DNA from: Synergistaceae bacterium
GTDB lineage: Bacteria > Synergistota > Synergistia > Synergistales > Synergistaceae
Assembly: GCA_031288335.1 (NCBI GenBank)
Contig: JAITRO010000159.1
Location: 1-57,913, forward strand
DNA length: 57,913 nucleotides
Direction: 5' to 3'
Below, piece after piece: positions 57,328 to 57,913 of the stretch. Positions within the stretch are counted from its first letter, which is position 1. Every line of letters begins with the position of its first letter. The notes under the pieces are model-generated. The model searched no databases and was not told the DNA's origin. It worked only from the letters and a program-made list of their open reading frames with translations. Position numbers and translations under genes: made by a program.

Positions 57328-57505
57328 TTCAAACATCCTCCTCTCAACCGCGAATGTTTTACGGATTAACAGAAAATATTGTGTCTGTTCCGCGCGGCAT
57401 ATCGATACGCTCCGTAAATCTTAATGTTTTGATCATATACATCTTTGAATTGCAAGAAACTGTTCATCGCGTATGTTTTATCAACAATTTTGCTCGTCCT
57501 CCAAT

Positions 57506-57841
57506 TTACATTTGTATTGCTGCCTCTACAAGCTCGCTGCCCAGCGAACCGTTGCAATAACAACAAGCCTGCATACAGCGGGGATGATTGACGTACTTCC
57601 TTAATCGCCGCCCGAAGTCATCAGCCTTATCGACAATCAGAAAATCACCGTCATCGACAGAAAAACCTTGTATTTGCTGGGCTATAACGGCACGTGAACA
57701 ACGAGCGATAACGCCGTTTTCGAGCGTCAAACAACCCCTAAAGACACAATTAGAGAACTTCTGTTCCGTTCTATTCTGTGTGCCATCAAATTTATGCCAT
57801 AACCCTAGGGCGTGTTTGAAAATTAGGTATTGCGCAAAATC
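57506..57841 (-). pseudogene. Radical-SAM accessory (SPASM/twitch-like) Cys-rich C-terminal fragment, preceded by an in-frame stop
   Basis: The open frame reads ...KFSNCVFRGCLTLENGVIARCSRAV...HPRCMQACCYCNGSLG. The C..(5)..l.l..G.i..C and C..(3)CC.C patterns resemble auxiliary-cluster domains. TGA lies at 57842-44 and no ATG is in the frame. The window ends 70 nt further on. Confidence 0.3.
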
Positions 57842-57913
57842 TCACTATATGGCATAAATAAGTAAAGGATTATTAGTGAGAGGGGTAGAGATATTGGAAC
57901 GTCGTCATGAAAT

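Noticed and set aside
57354-57566. ORFs of 68 aa (+) and 66 aa (-) between the AsnB gene and the radical-SAM-like fragment
   Set aside because: They have no motifs or RBS. The minus-strand ORF overlaps the end of the Cys-rich frame and might be its frameshifted continuation, but that cannot be shown from this window.

Overview
Bacterial chromosomal window of 57.9 kb; no rRNA, tRNA or CRISPR array was recognised. The core (9.8-51.4 kb) is a GC-rich, almost fully co-directional (+) housekeeping array with many 1-4 nt start/stop overlaps. It holds a complete dcw cluster (mraZ-rsmH-ftsL-ftsI-murE-murF-mraY-murD-ftsW-murG-murC-murB-ftsQ-ftsA-ftsZ), extended at its distal end by a radical-SAM gene and a SPOR-domain gene. 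After that come moaA-moaC-mog-like, rapZ-yvcK-whiA plus a glycogen-debranching-type glucosidase, cysS (the only minus-strand core gene) and uvrC. The array ends with ribD-ribE-ribBA-ribH, a membrane-domain/WecG-TagA fusion, ybaB, yacL-like PIN/TRAM, ispDF, rlpA, gltX and guaB. This Firmicutes-like synteny in a GC-rich genome would fit Synergistota or a similar lineage, but taxonomy cannot be established from the window. The left flank carries an XPB-type helicase with its Helicase_C_3/p52-like partner (minus strand, visibly lower GC), then an orphan giant PilY1-like protein plus a PilX-like pseudopilin. From about 51.4 kb to the window end there is an AT-richer accessory island. It contains three decayed mobile-element fragments, a secreted ankyrin-repeat protein, an unknown membrane protein, a hemerythrin-CheX fusion, an AsnB-family amidotransferase and a radical-SAM-like C-terminal fragment. 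The observations I rank highest are the hemerythrin-CheX fusion with all catalytic and ligand motifs intact, and a single in-frame TAG splitting an otherwise full-length canonical gltX. Next are the radical-SAM plus SPOR extension of the dcw operon, the degenerate TagO-like/TagA fusion, the XPB two-gene module, and a small IR-flanked repeat family. One copy of that repeat sits where an FMN riboswitch would be expected. I found no clearly novel multi-gene system. All family assignments rest on motif recognition from memory and need HMM or BLAST confirmation.
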